From positions 9,610,001 to 9,674,000 of the forward strand of contig OU015566.1 of assembly GCA_907165135.1 (NCBI GenBank): 64,000 nucleotides of DNA. Direction: 5' to 3'. The notes beneath the pieces are model-generated. The model was not told the DNA's origin and did no database searches. It saw only the letters and a list, made by a program, of their open reading frames with translations. This stretch comes from Oikopleura dioica (lineage: Eukaryota; Animalia; Chordata). Shown here piece by piece: positions 8,475 to 21,045 of the stretch; within the stretch, counting starts at the first letter, position 1, and every line of letters begins with the position of its first letter. The position numbers and the translations under genes were made by a program.

Positions 8475-9938
8475 ATGAGTAGATCTTTAAAAGACGGCCA
8501 ATATGTTGGTATTGACGATTCTAAATTTGGTGATCCAAGAGGAGTCACAACAGCTAGAGACACCCAAGCTGGAACAACTGTAATGATTAAATGGTTTCAA
8601 ATACGATCAAGGGAGCAACTCGAAGAAGCAAAAGAAGAAGCTGATAATTTGAAGTCCTTTGGTAAGACAAAAGGCTCGTTTTCTTCTTTGAAACTCCCTA
8701 GATCATCCGAACATCGTTAAATTTTTCGATTATCTTGGCAATGTTCGACCCGCTTGGTGGGAATTCGGTCCTTTATCATTCATTGTTATGGAGTATTGCG
8801 ATGGTGGAAGTCTATCCGATTGGATTGGAGACATGGAAAGGAAAAATAAGCTCCCTACGCGCGATGAAGTTTTTCATATTTCATCACAGATAGTTGCTGG
8901 CTTACGATATTGCCATATGCAGAATAAAGTGCACTTGGATATCAAGCCCGCCAATATATTTCTCAAATCAAACGGAATGGTTGTGAAGATTGGAGACTTT
9001 GGCAGTGCTTCTGCAGTCAAATCAGTTGTCAAAACTTCTACGTCAACTAATGCAGCGCATGTCAAAAATACCGAGCTTTATGCTCCTCCAGGTATGGTTG
9101 AAAACTACTGATCATTTGAATATTTTTGCAGAGCTCTTTACTGAGTTTGGCATCGCAAAGTCAGCAGCATTGGACATTTGGGGATTCGGCCTCGTTCTTC
9201 AAGAATTGATAACGCTCAAACACGCTTTTTATCCGGTGAATGATCCTCTTTTAAATCTTTCGAATCAAATAAGTAAGTTATATCAATTTGTGCCTGTAAA
9301 TTCATGATTAAGAGTCAAACATACGTGACGGCAAAAGAACAAAAATATTTGATTTCCGAGAAGATTTCGCGGAATTCACCGATTTTGAAGACCTTTTGAA
9401 AAAATGCTTGAGCTCTGAAAAAAGAGACCGACCGAGAAATGCTATTGAACTTGCTTCTGAAAATATCTTCCAGCACGTATTTGCTACAGATGAGAATACT
9501 GAAGATAAAACAGTCAGTGAAAAATTCATTGAATTGGAGAAAAAGCTGGAGCGTGAAAAAATCGAGAATAGATCACTTGAAACTTCTAATCGTATGTTGA
9601 ATGAAGAAAATTCGAGATTGAACGACGAGCTTGAAAAATTAAGAAAAAAATATCAAAAGACCGACCTTCAAAATACGAAATTTTTCAAATTGAAAGTGGA
9701 CTATGATGAAATCAAAGAACAAAACAGAAAACTGAAACGAGAAAACGAAAAACTCCTAGCGAAGCTATCACAAGCAACATCTTCAAGAAGCACTGTTGCC
9801 TTGTCGACTCCATCAGTCGTAGTTCAGCCCCAACAACGCCGAGTTGTTACAACTAGAAGAGTTACTTCGCGTGTTATTCGTAAGCCTTCTTCAAGCTCAT
9901 CACGACCAAATTCATCTAGTAATACGTATACTGTCTGA
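8475..9938 (+). CDS. NEK-like Ser/Thr protein kinase with C-terminal coiled coil, multi-exon
   Basis: VMIK, HPNIVKF, MEYCDGGSL, HLDIKPANIFL, KIGDFG, LDIWGFG, KCL..RDRP; three short GT-AG introns (starting near 8662, 9092, 9272). Confidence 0.9.
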
Positions 9939-9996
9939 AGGAAGATATTTCTAATTCATTTATTAATCCTTCATTTGTTCAAAAAATAACCACAAC

Positions 9997-10730
9997 TTAA
10001 AGTTCTTCGTGAAGAGTTCTTCCTTGAATAATCTTCCTTATATCTGCTGCCACCACATTTGGCTCTTCCCAATGAGCGTAAACACGTCGCACAAACCCTT
10101 CGGGGTCAACGAGATATTTCCAAAAATTCCATCTTGGCGCGAAACCGGAATATTTTTCAAGCTCTTTCCAAAACTCATCTTTCTCCACATCTAAATCCTG
10201 TAAATCATGTTATCACTAATTTTGACGATACTCACCAAGTTTTTCGTAGATCGGAAAGTTCAGACTAAATTTATCGTTCATATTTTTGCGGATCGTTTCA
10301 ACATCTTCAGGTTCTTGCTCGCCAAAATTATTGGTAGGGATAGCAATGATCTAAGAATAGTAACAGGAGTCGAAGGCAGTCTCCTGCTTACTTTAAGTTT
10401 ATCACCAAACTCTTCTTTTATCGAAACAAGCTGAAGTATTGAGTCAAAATCGCTCTTCTTTAGTAAAAATATACCTGATTGTAGTTTAGCTCTGTATATC
10501 CGCAATGACTCGCAACATTGACTTGTTCAGTTTGATAAAAATATATTATTTTATTATTTGTTTGTATTATACATTCAGAATGTAACATTCTTTACAATTG
10601 CCTGAAGTCATGATGATCAAACCGTTCCTATAATCACAAATTGTCCTTTAGCATCAGCGATTTGAAATGTTTCATCGCCTTCGTAAAGAGGAACCCTCGT
10701 GAAATCGGCGTAAACAAAACTAAAATATTA
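9997..10730 (-). CDS. Probable multi-exon gene of unknown function
   Basis: Short open exon-like segments with splice-site-like flanks (FVYADFTRVPLYEG..; MEKDEFWKELEKY..); model not resolved. Confidence 0.3.
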
Positions 10731-11042
10731 TATTCTTAATTTTCATCTTCAAAAACTACTACCTGACTATGCAAATAAACAGATTGAAATCTCTCATTTT
10801 TAGAAATTTTAATAAAAAAATACAAAAGAGGGGAATATTTGGCTCTGGTTTGTTTTGGGTAGGTTTCACACCAAAGCTTCAATCGAAAGAGAGGGTCGTT
10901 AAATTTCGAAACAGCTGACGTCTTTTCAGTACAACTGCGTTCTATTACTCTCATGTTCAATTTAAAAGAAACCGTTTTATTGCAACTTTTTATAAGAACG
11001 CAAAGTGAATCAAGAAAAAGAACGATTTTCGCAGTAACGAAG

Positions 11043-12075
11043 TTAGACGAACGACCAAACCCATGCATCTCTTGACCAATCCTCTGACTCAGTTTTATTA
11101 ACAAATCTTACTGATCTTGATTTTGAAGCTCTGAGGCTTAACTCTTTAATTAGTGATCTTATCATTGAAAACTTATGAAATCACTGCCTTGAAGAAGGTC
11201 TAAGCCGTCGACATGATCGTGTTTTATTTTCATCGCTTTTCTTACTGTTCCATTATTTTTGTCATACGTGTAATCGTCGTCCCACTGAATTTGGAATCTT
11301 CCAGACTAAAATACATGCAATTTAAATCTTTGATGGCTCGTCTAAAAACATTATCTGGATGAGGGATGAGTCTCCATATTGAACCGTCCTCAGAAAGCTG
11401 GACGAGAGGAAAACCATTTTTGTGAACTTTTCTCCACTCCAAATTGCGTTCTCGATTCACAGTTACTATTTTTCCTCTTATTTGTTCATTTTCTAGCGAT
11501 TCAATTTCGTGAAACTGAACACTTTCTCCTTCTCCTATTATGGCTTCAAGACAGAATTCGGTATTGTTCCAGATTCCAACTTCTCTTATCTGGCGGTTCT
11601 CGATCATAAGTTTGGACTTCACATACTCTGTTGTCGTTGTCGTTGTCGTCGTTGTCGTAGTTGTCGTCGTCGTTGTCGTTGTTGAAGAACTAGATGTTAT
11701 TGTCGTCGATGTTCCAGTCGTCGTTGCTGTAATATCAATGGCCGTAGTTGTCGTTGTCGTAGACTCGGTTGGCAATGAGTTTGTAGTTGTAAATAAAGTT
11801 GTGGAAGATGCAGGTTTCGTTGTTCCGTTATATTTAGTTGTACTCCCGTTGTTTGGTATTTCTGTTGGTGTATTTGCTGTCGTGGTCAATAGAATCAAAG
11901 TTGTATCTTCATACACTGTTGCCGGAGGGACTGCTGCATCATTTTCCTGAGTTGTTGTCTCTGATTCAGAGGTCTGCTTTTGAAAAAATTTAGGAGCGGT
12001 GAGAATTACCCCCACTGAAATTATAACCAGAAGAAGGTTGGTAAAAGTCAAAATTCTTCGCCTTTTATTTCTCAT
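11043..12075 (-). CDS. Type II membrane protein with Thr-rich mucin stalk and possible beta-trefoil-like C-terminal domain
   Basis: N-terminal basic + hydrophobic segment, poly-Thr (GTC/GTT repeat near 11620-11680), then FCLEA..G..V and recurrent Trp motifs; 3' exons inferred by eye. Confidence 0.6.
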
Positions 12076-12651
12076 AATTATTTAAAAACTAGAAGTGGTG
12101 ATCTCATAAGAAGGGTCTCTCGTGATATTTGAACGGATAAGTGACATTTTCAGGACTAAATCATTTGATAGTGTCCCGATTCAGATATTTACTTATTTTG
12201 ATCAGCAGATTGTTCCAACAGAGGGCTTTCTTCTATCGTAAAAAGTCAAAAAGTCAATGATGACTTCTTCCTCTTTTCCTAAATTTATTCCTGTTCAAGA
12301 AGAAAATGCGTCGATATATGTTTTGGTATTCTTAGAAGACTCCTCCTTGTTTGCAGCCAAATTTTGCCAAGTTGTGTCAGCTGTGCATTTAGTAAATGCT
12401 TTGCTAAGTACTTGTTTGAAATTTAAACCTAACACCGATTCGTTTTTCATGCACACTGTTGCATCAATCAAGCTGGACAGCTTAACCTCCAGGCGAAGTA
12501 AACAACGCTCCATTCAACGAGTCTTCCATTAAAAAGAATTGTTTCATTTTAGATTGCCCTCCGGAGGACCTCTGACGCAACTAAATATTCTTTTTTTCTA
12601 GAAAGAATTTGATATAAGTATCATAACAGAGAGAAATTGCGAAGAGAAAAA

Positions 12652-13550
12652 ATGTCCGGTTTGCGGGGACGAGCTGGGAGAAGTAGAATTCAAGGCGGTC
12701 GAGGACGAGGAGGGTCTTCGTCGAGAAATACGGCCGATTTCGCGAGGCCTGTTTCGCAAAGAACAACTTTTGCTAATGCAGAGGTATGATACGTAATGAT
12801 ATCGTAAATGATGAATGTTTAGTTCTCGCAAGTCAAGTTTCAATCAAAATCGAAGAAGTCTGTTGAAGAGAGCACAAGAAACTTTGCGTTCGAGAAGGAA
12901 GACAAGCCGCCAGATCTTGAGCCCTTCAAGAAGCACATGATATCTCCCGGTTCTTTTGTCGAGTATCACGTGGCTGTCTTCGAAAATGAGGAAGAGCTGT
13001 CGAAGAAGCTCATCAAGTATCTTCCTGTAATGGATGATGATACTACTCCAGGAGAGGATAACTAAAGTCTATTGACACTAGAATTTCTTACTGTGGAATA
13101 AAATTATCGTTATCCAGTCTGTCAGACACCCTCCGACGTCTTCTAAGATGCGAGTACCTTCCGGAAAAGAGACCTTGGCCGAATCATATGGAAGAAATCC
13201 GCTCAATAACAACCCAAAACCTTCAATCAAGATTTGAAGAATCCTCCTTTGACCGTGCAAAATGCAATCTGATACGCTACGAGAAAGACATTTTTACGTT
13301 TACCGGAAACGACCCTGAGTTTTATTGCATCTTTGGCGATAGTCGGACAATCTTGTTTCAATCAAGGTAAGAAATTATAAAATTGAGCGTGTATCAAATC
13401 TTTTCAAGAAAAAGCCGGAAAACGCGATTCCGAATCGTCACCTTCTCTGGCTCATTATTGATCCTCTCTGGGAATATCTTCAAAGACTGGGACATCACAA
13501 TCCCCATCGAGTACCATGATCGGGACTCGACCGTTTTGATAAACTTTTAG
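12652..13550 (+). CDS. ALKBH3-like protein with degenerate active site (pseudoenzyme), multi-exon
   Basis: RSRIQG, RNFAFEKE, CNLIRYEKD, GSLLILSG..DWDITIPIEYHDRD align by eye with ALKBH3 (RARVQG, REFVFKE, CNLYRNEKD, GTLLIMEG..DWQHRVPKEYHSRE). Confidence 0.7.
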
Positions 13551-13905
13551 AGTTTATATGGTGCTACTTCTCTGTCAGTAATCTGCAATAAATTTTCGCT
13601 AATCAACAGTTATTGAATGGGACGTATGTATTTGAAAACGAAATAGCAGTCGAAAATGTCAGAAATTTGAACAGGGTTTTGAGAGATTGGTAACCAAATA
13701 AAGCTGCTAGATCCTGTTTTTCTTAGCACAAAGTATAAAAATATGAAATTTTTATTTAGTGGCTTGATAAAAAAGGACTCTAATCAGGCGATTTTTAATA
13801 ATTTACTTTATTGTCGATGCACTTTTGGGATCACCTTCATAACGAATTTTGCGAGAGAATGAATTTTGCGGTTTACAGCTATATTCAGTTATTTTTACAA
13901 AGTTG

Positions 13906-16900
13906 TCACATGACGCCGGTCTGATAGAACGAGTGAGAAGCTTGTTGTGGAACTTGTTGGAATTGGAACGGCTGAGCGAGCTGCGTCATCGCTGGAATCA
14001 CGTGGAACGGAACGCTTAATTGAACGGTTGAGATGACATTTGAAAGAATCGTTTACCTTTGAGGAATTTGCGAGATTGGATTCTGAGCTTGAGGAACTGT
14101 CTGCTGTGGAGCTGTCTGTTGATAGGTCGTCGTTGCCGTTTGTGTCGTTGCTGTGGGCACAGCAGCTGTTGAAACAGGTACAGTAGCAGATACAGCTGCA
14201 GGTGTGGTTTGATTTTGCTGGGCAATGAGAGTTTGCAGGTCCAATCCTTGGATTTGCTGCCCGAATTGGCTAGTAAAAATGAGAAGCTGAAATCAAGGAA
14301 GACTACTTACTTATATGGCAGCACAATCATCGGGGATTGCTGAACTTGCTGTTGGTTTGCAACCAGAACTGGTTGCTGAGTTCTTGTATTGTTAGCAACA
14401 GCTGTAGGCCGAACCATGGGATTGTACCGTCTGCCCTTGTAGGTTGCCTGATTCACAGCGGTGTTGACCGCGGATTGTCCGTTTGCAACTTGCGCGACAG
14501 ATGGGGTTGATAGGATGGTGCTCGCTTGAACTGGTGCAAGGGATGCTGTAGGAGTCACAGTAGCTGGGAAGCCTGTTAGCATCGATGCTTGAACAAGCCA
14601 TTCAATTGGAGGTTGAGATTGAGATCGAGCGAAGGAAATCTGGAGAGGCTCAGTCGCGCTGGGAAGGGTCTTTCCGTTCATTTCCTTCAAAACATAATAG
14701 AAAGAGTGTAAGATAGATGTTTTCTACCTCGCAAGCTCGTTCAGCCATTGCCTTTTCGGCGTACAGGAGAAAGCCAACTCCAGTGCCAGTTTGAGTCGCT
14801 GGGTCAAAAAGGATTCTTGCATTTCGAATGGTGCCGAATTGATTGAAAGAATCTTCGAGGTCTTTTCTCGTCCAATGTTTCGGGAGGCCCTGATTAAAGT
14901 TAAAATACGTACATCGTAAGCATACCGTATGCTGCATACGTATTATATGTTTACACATGCGTATGTCAAGTGAAAAAATCTTGCAATAAGAGTTCAATTT
15001 TCTATTGAAAATCAGATAAATTTTCTGCGAAAATCTAATTTTACCTTTATATAAAGATTGATATTGCGCGTCCGATCGCCCGAGGGGAGAGAATAAGCCA
15101 CCTTGAGCCGCTTATGTCCGATTTGATATTGATTGAGCTTACGAATTGCTCGCTCAGCATCCTCAGCAGATGCCATGTCGATGAAGCCATAGCCGAAGGA
15201 GTAGCCGGTCTGGCGGTGGCGGATGATTCGCGCTTTATTGACGCGGCCGACGGTTGAGAAGAGGTTGAAGAACTCTTGGTCCGTGAAGCTCTTAAAATTT
15301 TTATCAGAAAAAGAGCTTCATTGCTGTAGTTCTGTTATTCCTGTTGAAAATCGTCAAACGTATTTAGATAACATATCCCTGAACAATTTAAAAGAAGGAG
15401 GGCCGGATCTTAATTCTAAACAAGTCAACCCGCAATTTATAAAACAGCAATTCCAATCGCTTCTGCGATCCAAAGAGATCCAAAGAGCCCGTGGCCCACA
15501 CCCTTCCTTATTTTCAAGTTGATATTATTTTGCCAAGCTTTTTTTTATCCACAAGTTAAAAGAAGAGTCTCGGATTTTTTTGAAAAGGACCCTCTTTGGC
15601 TGGCTGAAGTGTTTTTGCGTCGCTTTGTTCAATTCATCTAAGCTGCGCTCAAAGCTTTTACAGGACGCGGTGATGCGCTTGCGTCCTGCCAAATCGGTTC
15701 TTAGCCGCCTTTCGAGCACTTTTTTCGTAAGCAAGCTTGTCAAAACAAAATCTATAGCTATTAATCCAAACAGAACTTCCCCACCCAAAAGACCGAAGAT
15801 TGTCCATGAAATCTTAGAATACGAGAAAAAATATGTGGGTTTCGATCTCTCAGAATTGAGTCTTTTATAATTACAAGAATTCTAGTTCGATGATCTTTGC
15901 TCAACAAAAAAATGAATTGCTACAGGTGTGACGCTCAGGGAACGTCATGAAATTTTATGCTCGCAAACTTTGCACACGACAAGCTGAATCTATACAGTAC
16001 GGCATCAAAACATAATGATCCAAATATTCTTTGAAGCGAGATTTCAAGATTTTTGACAGATTTTACTTCCATAAGTACTTCTGCCACTTCATAAAGAAAT
16101 CGCTGGGAGGAGACATAAATAAATAATTGTCTCGGAATTCAGAATCCGTACTTCCGTAAATATTACGTGGAGGAAACTGTAATCAACTTGAAAAATTCCG
16201 ACGAGGGCCAGGCTGGTGGTAGAACGTGGCAGTTCCAAGCAGTGTCGTGAGAGTTTTACGAGATTATGATATTTAAAGAGATAATTTCATGACAGCTAGC
16301 GGGGTAAATAGCAATTTATCATTATTGCTCCGCGGTTACTGTAGCTATAGTAGCCGCTATCGCTCTATGGAATTCGAGAAGTGACCACTTCTTTTGCTCG
16401 AAAGAAGCTAACCTAGTGACTCGAGCATAGACTTGAAACTAGACCGGGCTTTAGTTGGTAATACCCTGGGCGCTGAAAGTATGCAACTCTATCTAGTGCG
16501 TCCAGAAAATAGGATTCCCCATTTCCTAAATTTAAAGTGCGGAAGGTTTACTACCCATACCCAGTTTCCTCTTTGATTTAAAAAAGGGATGCTCAAGTGA
16601 GTATGCTCACTTCAACTGTGTATCTCTTGAATACTGAATTTATTAGTTGAACACTATGTTTTTTCTTGCACTTTTGGGGTCTCCAGGCGAATGTTGTAAT
16701 TTTAGAGCCCTTGTTTCTAGGAGTTAGAGTGCTGTGTATTCCCGAATCTCGATTAATATCTAGCTATTTTCAAGCCCTAACCAAACTCCTAGCTATATTT
16801 AAAATCATAAGTTATGATTCATAACCCTAACCCTAACGAAAGAGGTGGTTTTAGCCCCTTGGTTAGGGTTAGAGATTGAAGAAAATAAAGAATAGAAGCT

Positions 16901-17137
16901 CACCTGCGGTAAATAATTGACAATCAAATTCGTCTTCTCCTTGTTAAAATCGACATCTGAAGTTTTCATTCGTTTTTTAACCTTAGGAGGCGCCTCGTAG
17001 GTTGCTTGGGTAAAGATTTGGTTTGACGTTGAATCAATGGTGGAGGTGGAATTTTCAAAATGCGCCGTTGGCTGGGCTTCGGAGGACTCGCTAGAGTGAT
17101 CGGAGCACTTCGCGTTGTCAACTTTCACATTTTGCAT
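13906..17137 (-). CDS. ELAV/Sex-lethal-family RNA-binding protein, two RRMs + Gln-rich tail
   Basis: KTNLIVNYLPQ, TGYSFGYGF, NLYIKGLP, GVGFLLY; exons 17137-16904, 15290-15045, 14889-14728, 14684-14311 and two 3' exons. Confidence 0.9.
16823..16872. repeat. Inverted telomere-like (CCCTAA/TTAGGG) repeats in the ELAV-like intron
   Basis: aaccctaaccctaac ... gttagggttag facing each other. Confidence 0.6.
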
Positions 17138-20100
17138 TTTAAACAATTCACAAATCTTTCAGGTGCTAAATGGTAAAAATTGAAAAGAAGAAATAAACAA
17201 GTTGATAGTAGTAGTACTATGCTCGGAGATATACCATACTGATGCTTTATCTTACTGGAGAGTTCAACCTTTTGTTTGAAAAATTGACTTGCTCTCCGCA
17301 AATAAAAACATCAGCATTTGTTATTGCCTTTTAAATTTGCGCAACATTCTGAGGTTATTCCAATCCTTGCTCAAAATATCACGAGAATTTGGCATGATAA
17401 ATAAATAGTTAAAAATTACCGGTTCTGGTGAGTTTAAAAATTCAGGTTTCGAAATTCGAACTCAAGTTGTGAACACACACAATTATCTAAAAAATAGTGA
17501 TAAGTGGGAAATATTTTCGATTATCTCTGTTAAAAAAATTGAGTACAAAGTGTGTTAAAAGCCCGTCATAAACTAATGTTTTGGGAGCAGCTAAGGAACA
17601 TGGGTCGAATGAAAAATTGATAAGGGTCGCGTTAAAGATTAAGATGAAGACAGTGTGACAACTTCTATAGCTACTGACTACAGGCCACTTTCAGGGGTTC
17701 TAGTAGAGTATGACTAATGAACCTTCTTATGTACCGTATTTTTCGAAAAAAATGAAAGACGAAAAATGTCTCTTAGCGACATTTTTGGGGCATTTTTTCG
17801 AAAAAAAACTGGTAATCGGGAGAAAATTGAATGTATCAACCTTTAGTTGGCATTTATTACCGAATATTTGCACATATTTTTGGGGAAAAAGAGCATCAAG
17901 AACTTCATATAGATTCATTTTTTATCCCATTGTCACTCAATATCGAGCAAAATCTTGCGCGTAATCGATTGAGCACACGGTTGAGGTGAAAATGCACACT
18001 CTCCGGCGCTGCCAAATTAAGAGTATCCTGTTGTATTAATAAATTATCCCCCTTTCTTGTTAATCATACATTACATGTATCTGAAATCTATCTGTCTCGC
18101 TACAGGCACTATCCAGAAGGAGTAAGCTCGCACACTCGAGCTGCGGCTAACACTTAAATTGCGCTATTTATGAGATATTCATATCTTCTCGGGGTATTTT
18201 CGACATGTTCACGATAAATTTTTAAACAAGAACAAGGAAGAAAAAGAAGTACATATACTATTTTTTCTTCCAAAGATCTTTCTTGAAAATCCATCAATTT
18301 TAAATTGGTAAATTTTTAACTTTACCTTATCATCGGTAATTTCGAGGCTTTCAGCTAATTTTCTTGGATTTCTCGTTCGAATAAAAATTCACTGGGTTTG
18401 GATTTTTTGAGAAAACTTCAAAAAAGCAATGCGGCAGCTGTCACGACAGCCGAATAAATAAAACTTGTGGAGCTATGCCATTACGTTTTACGAAGACGAT
18501 ATTTCATCCACGATTTCACACTCTCAATGCCAAAACACTGCCTTTTTACTGCTCAAAAATGAAGATCCTCTCTTCTGAAAAAATCAAAAGCTCGAAAATC
18601 CTTCGATAACGAATTGGGCTGCCCAAAATCTGATTTTGATTAACGAGCGATTTTAGCAATTAATTATCATGTATGATAATAAATTAACGTTTTTATGCCG
18701 ATTCCATATAAAAATTCGTTTCTTTAATTTTGATATTTCGAGCGCTCGCAATAGAAATCACTGAATTCTCTTCGACATTCATAAAAAAATGCAGACAAAA
18801 GAAGGCGACTTCCGGCTTCAGAGAAAAAGCATCGTCAACCCACTCGATAGAAATCCGGAATAGCTATTTGGCCGGTGCAAATAAAATAGCGCGGCGCGTT
18901 CTGTCACCTGTCACGCGACGAGTTAATTCCAGATTTAAAATGGACAAATCCAAAATAAACAAAATAACAGTTGAACAAATAACTGACTCCCAGCCACATG
19001 TTCCTAAGCCACCTGTTTCGAAATAAAAGCATTATTTCTTAGATTCTTTGTATTCAAATTAATTAACCAAAACCGTTTGATAAAAAATGATAAAGCAAAT
19101 AAACGACCTTCGAACTTACCGAATTTTTACATAAATTGATAAATTTGAATCTTCAAATATATCTCTTGAAAGCTTCAAAAGGGAGAATTTCCTTTATTGA
19201 ACACTTTTTGACTTTTAGTAAAAAAAAATCTTTAGCTCTTGAAAGATGAAGAGCCAAACGTTTTTTGCCAAAGCGGATATTTTTGGCGCTTTGGAGAAAA
19301 GGCAGCAGCGCCCTCCCAAGCGGAGCACCGATTTCAGCAACCACTTTTTACAGCGATATAAGACAAGTTTAGATTATCATTATCGGGGAGCCGACTTCTA
19401 TAATGCAAACTATGAGGAGCAAAAGCGTCCTTATTTTATCCAGCTTATGATTGCCTTTCTTTTGAAGTTTGTAGCTGGGCTCGCCAACCTGTGTAAAAAA
19501 CCTGAGTCAGGGCCAAAAAGATCTTTTTTTTTAATAATGTAAGTTGAATTTATTAGAGATTTATGCCTTCAAATCACATGCAAAAGGATTTTCTTTTATA
19601 AAAGAATATACGATTGGTGTCAGATGTGATTCATTGTTGATTTATCTCTTGATTGTTGAGCCTTGCCATTTTGAATCTGTCACAACTCCGAGAAGAGCAG
19701 GAAAATTACTGCTTTGGTCTTCCGCCATTCAATAAATCTCCTTAACTTGCGTCATAAATTACGCGCCGCACTATTCTCGTAATCGCTAATGTCATCAATG
19801 CATGAGCGACAAAGAGTTAAAATGGTTTTGATTGAAATGAATAACTTTTGAATCTAACCTTTGCTAAAGAGTGATTAAATAATGCATAACGTTTTAGCGC
19901 GGTGCTGCATGGCGGCCTTTGCGCTGTTTTTCCGTGCGAAAGGGCAAAATAAGCGCGGAAATTAGTGGAGCTTTCTACCGTAAAGCCACGGAAATTGACG
20001 CGCTGGTCCTCATGGGTTGACGAGTCAAGGTTCACTTTTGATTTCAAAGGAGCCCTACTTGAAATTGAATTAACCATTTTGGGTACTCCTTGAGATTGAA

Positions 20101-21045
20101 CGGTTATCCTTTTCTGGGACGCTCTTTTCAATGATTTAGTTCGATCAAAGAGAATCGAGAAAAAAGACTAGTAATCGCATTTTGTCGCCGCGCTAGGAGG
20201 AACGAGCATCTGTGCCGTCGGTCCTTACTTATCCTGACAGGCTGCCAGCGGATAAGCCTAAATCCGCTTTTTGCATTTTTCTCTTTCCGTTGGGCAAGCG
20301 GTCATACGGGAAGTGCCATGATGTAAACTTATGAGAACATTGGTTTCAATGATGATTGATTTATACTTCTGTGAACTGCCAGTTGGGTGGTGGATTTTAA
20401 TCGCAAACAGAAATTCTAATTATGTTCTCAGATAATTTATTCGTCAATGACAACAAAATATGAAATACTAAAGTACGTTAAGAGTTATGTTTGGCTGGGG
20501 TTAAGGTCGGTAATTTATCAGTTTTTCATTTTCTTGTGAAGAATCGGGAATTTCAAGGGTCAGAAAAGAAGATGATTGCCGAATAAGCGCAATATATAAT
20601 TGCAGTATAATTATGACCAGAAAGTCACTGCCGAAAATGTTGTTAAAAACCATAATTTGAATAATTGTGACGCTGCTGGAAAATGATTTGAATCACTCTT
20701 ACTAGGAAAACGGCAGGGAGTCAGAAAGTAGCTCGATTGTAGATTGATCACTTACTGAAAATATCTTAAATTTCAACTTGAATACTCGTCTCGTAGGTTT
20801 GATATATATTTTTATAAAGAATAGGTGTTAAGTTTTTGCATCGCACATTTTTTCGATTGAAATCAAGGAAGAGAACGCGAGGATCGAATAACTAGTCCAA
20901 TAGGCAAATGAAGACGGCGGGACAAAATAAACCGGTTCTATTTAGTTTCATTGTCTACTAAAATAGATGAGACATAATAGAACCGAGATAGCCGGATGTG
21001 GTTTGCTCGGGCCTGGGTTGAAGCGCTGGATAGGCAGCCTCGATT

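Noticed and set aside
11540-11950. Poly-Val + strand ORF
   Set aside because: Reverse complement of the poly-Thr stalk.
12636-12665. CEEKKCPVC as a RING C-terminus
   Set aside because: No upstream RING half; the frame that splices onward is the ALKBH3-like RGG frame.
17207-17219. AGTAGTAGT as a possible Polinton terminus
   Set aside because: Wrong orientation for the right end of an element lying to the left; no partner TIR or 6-bp TSD visible.
17200-21000. Short ORFs in the long intergenic region
   Set aside because: No motifs, consistent splice pattern or TIR/TSD pairs found; treated as non-coding.
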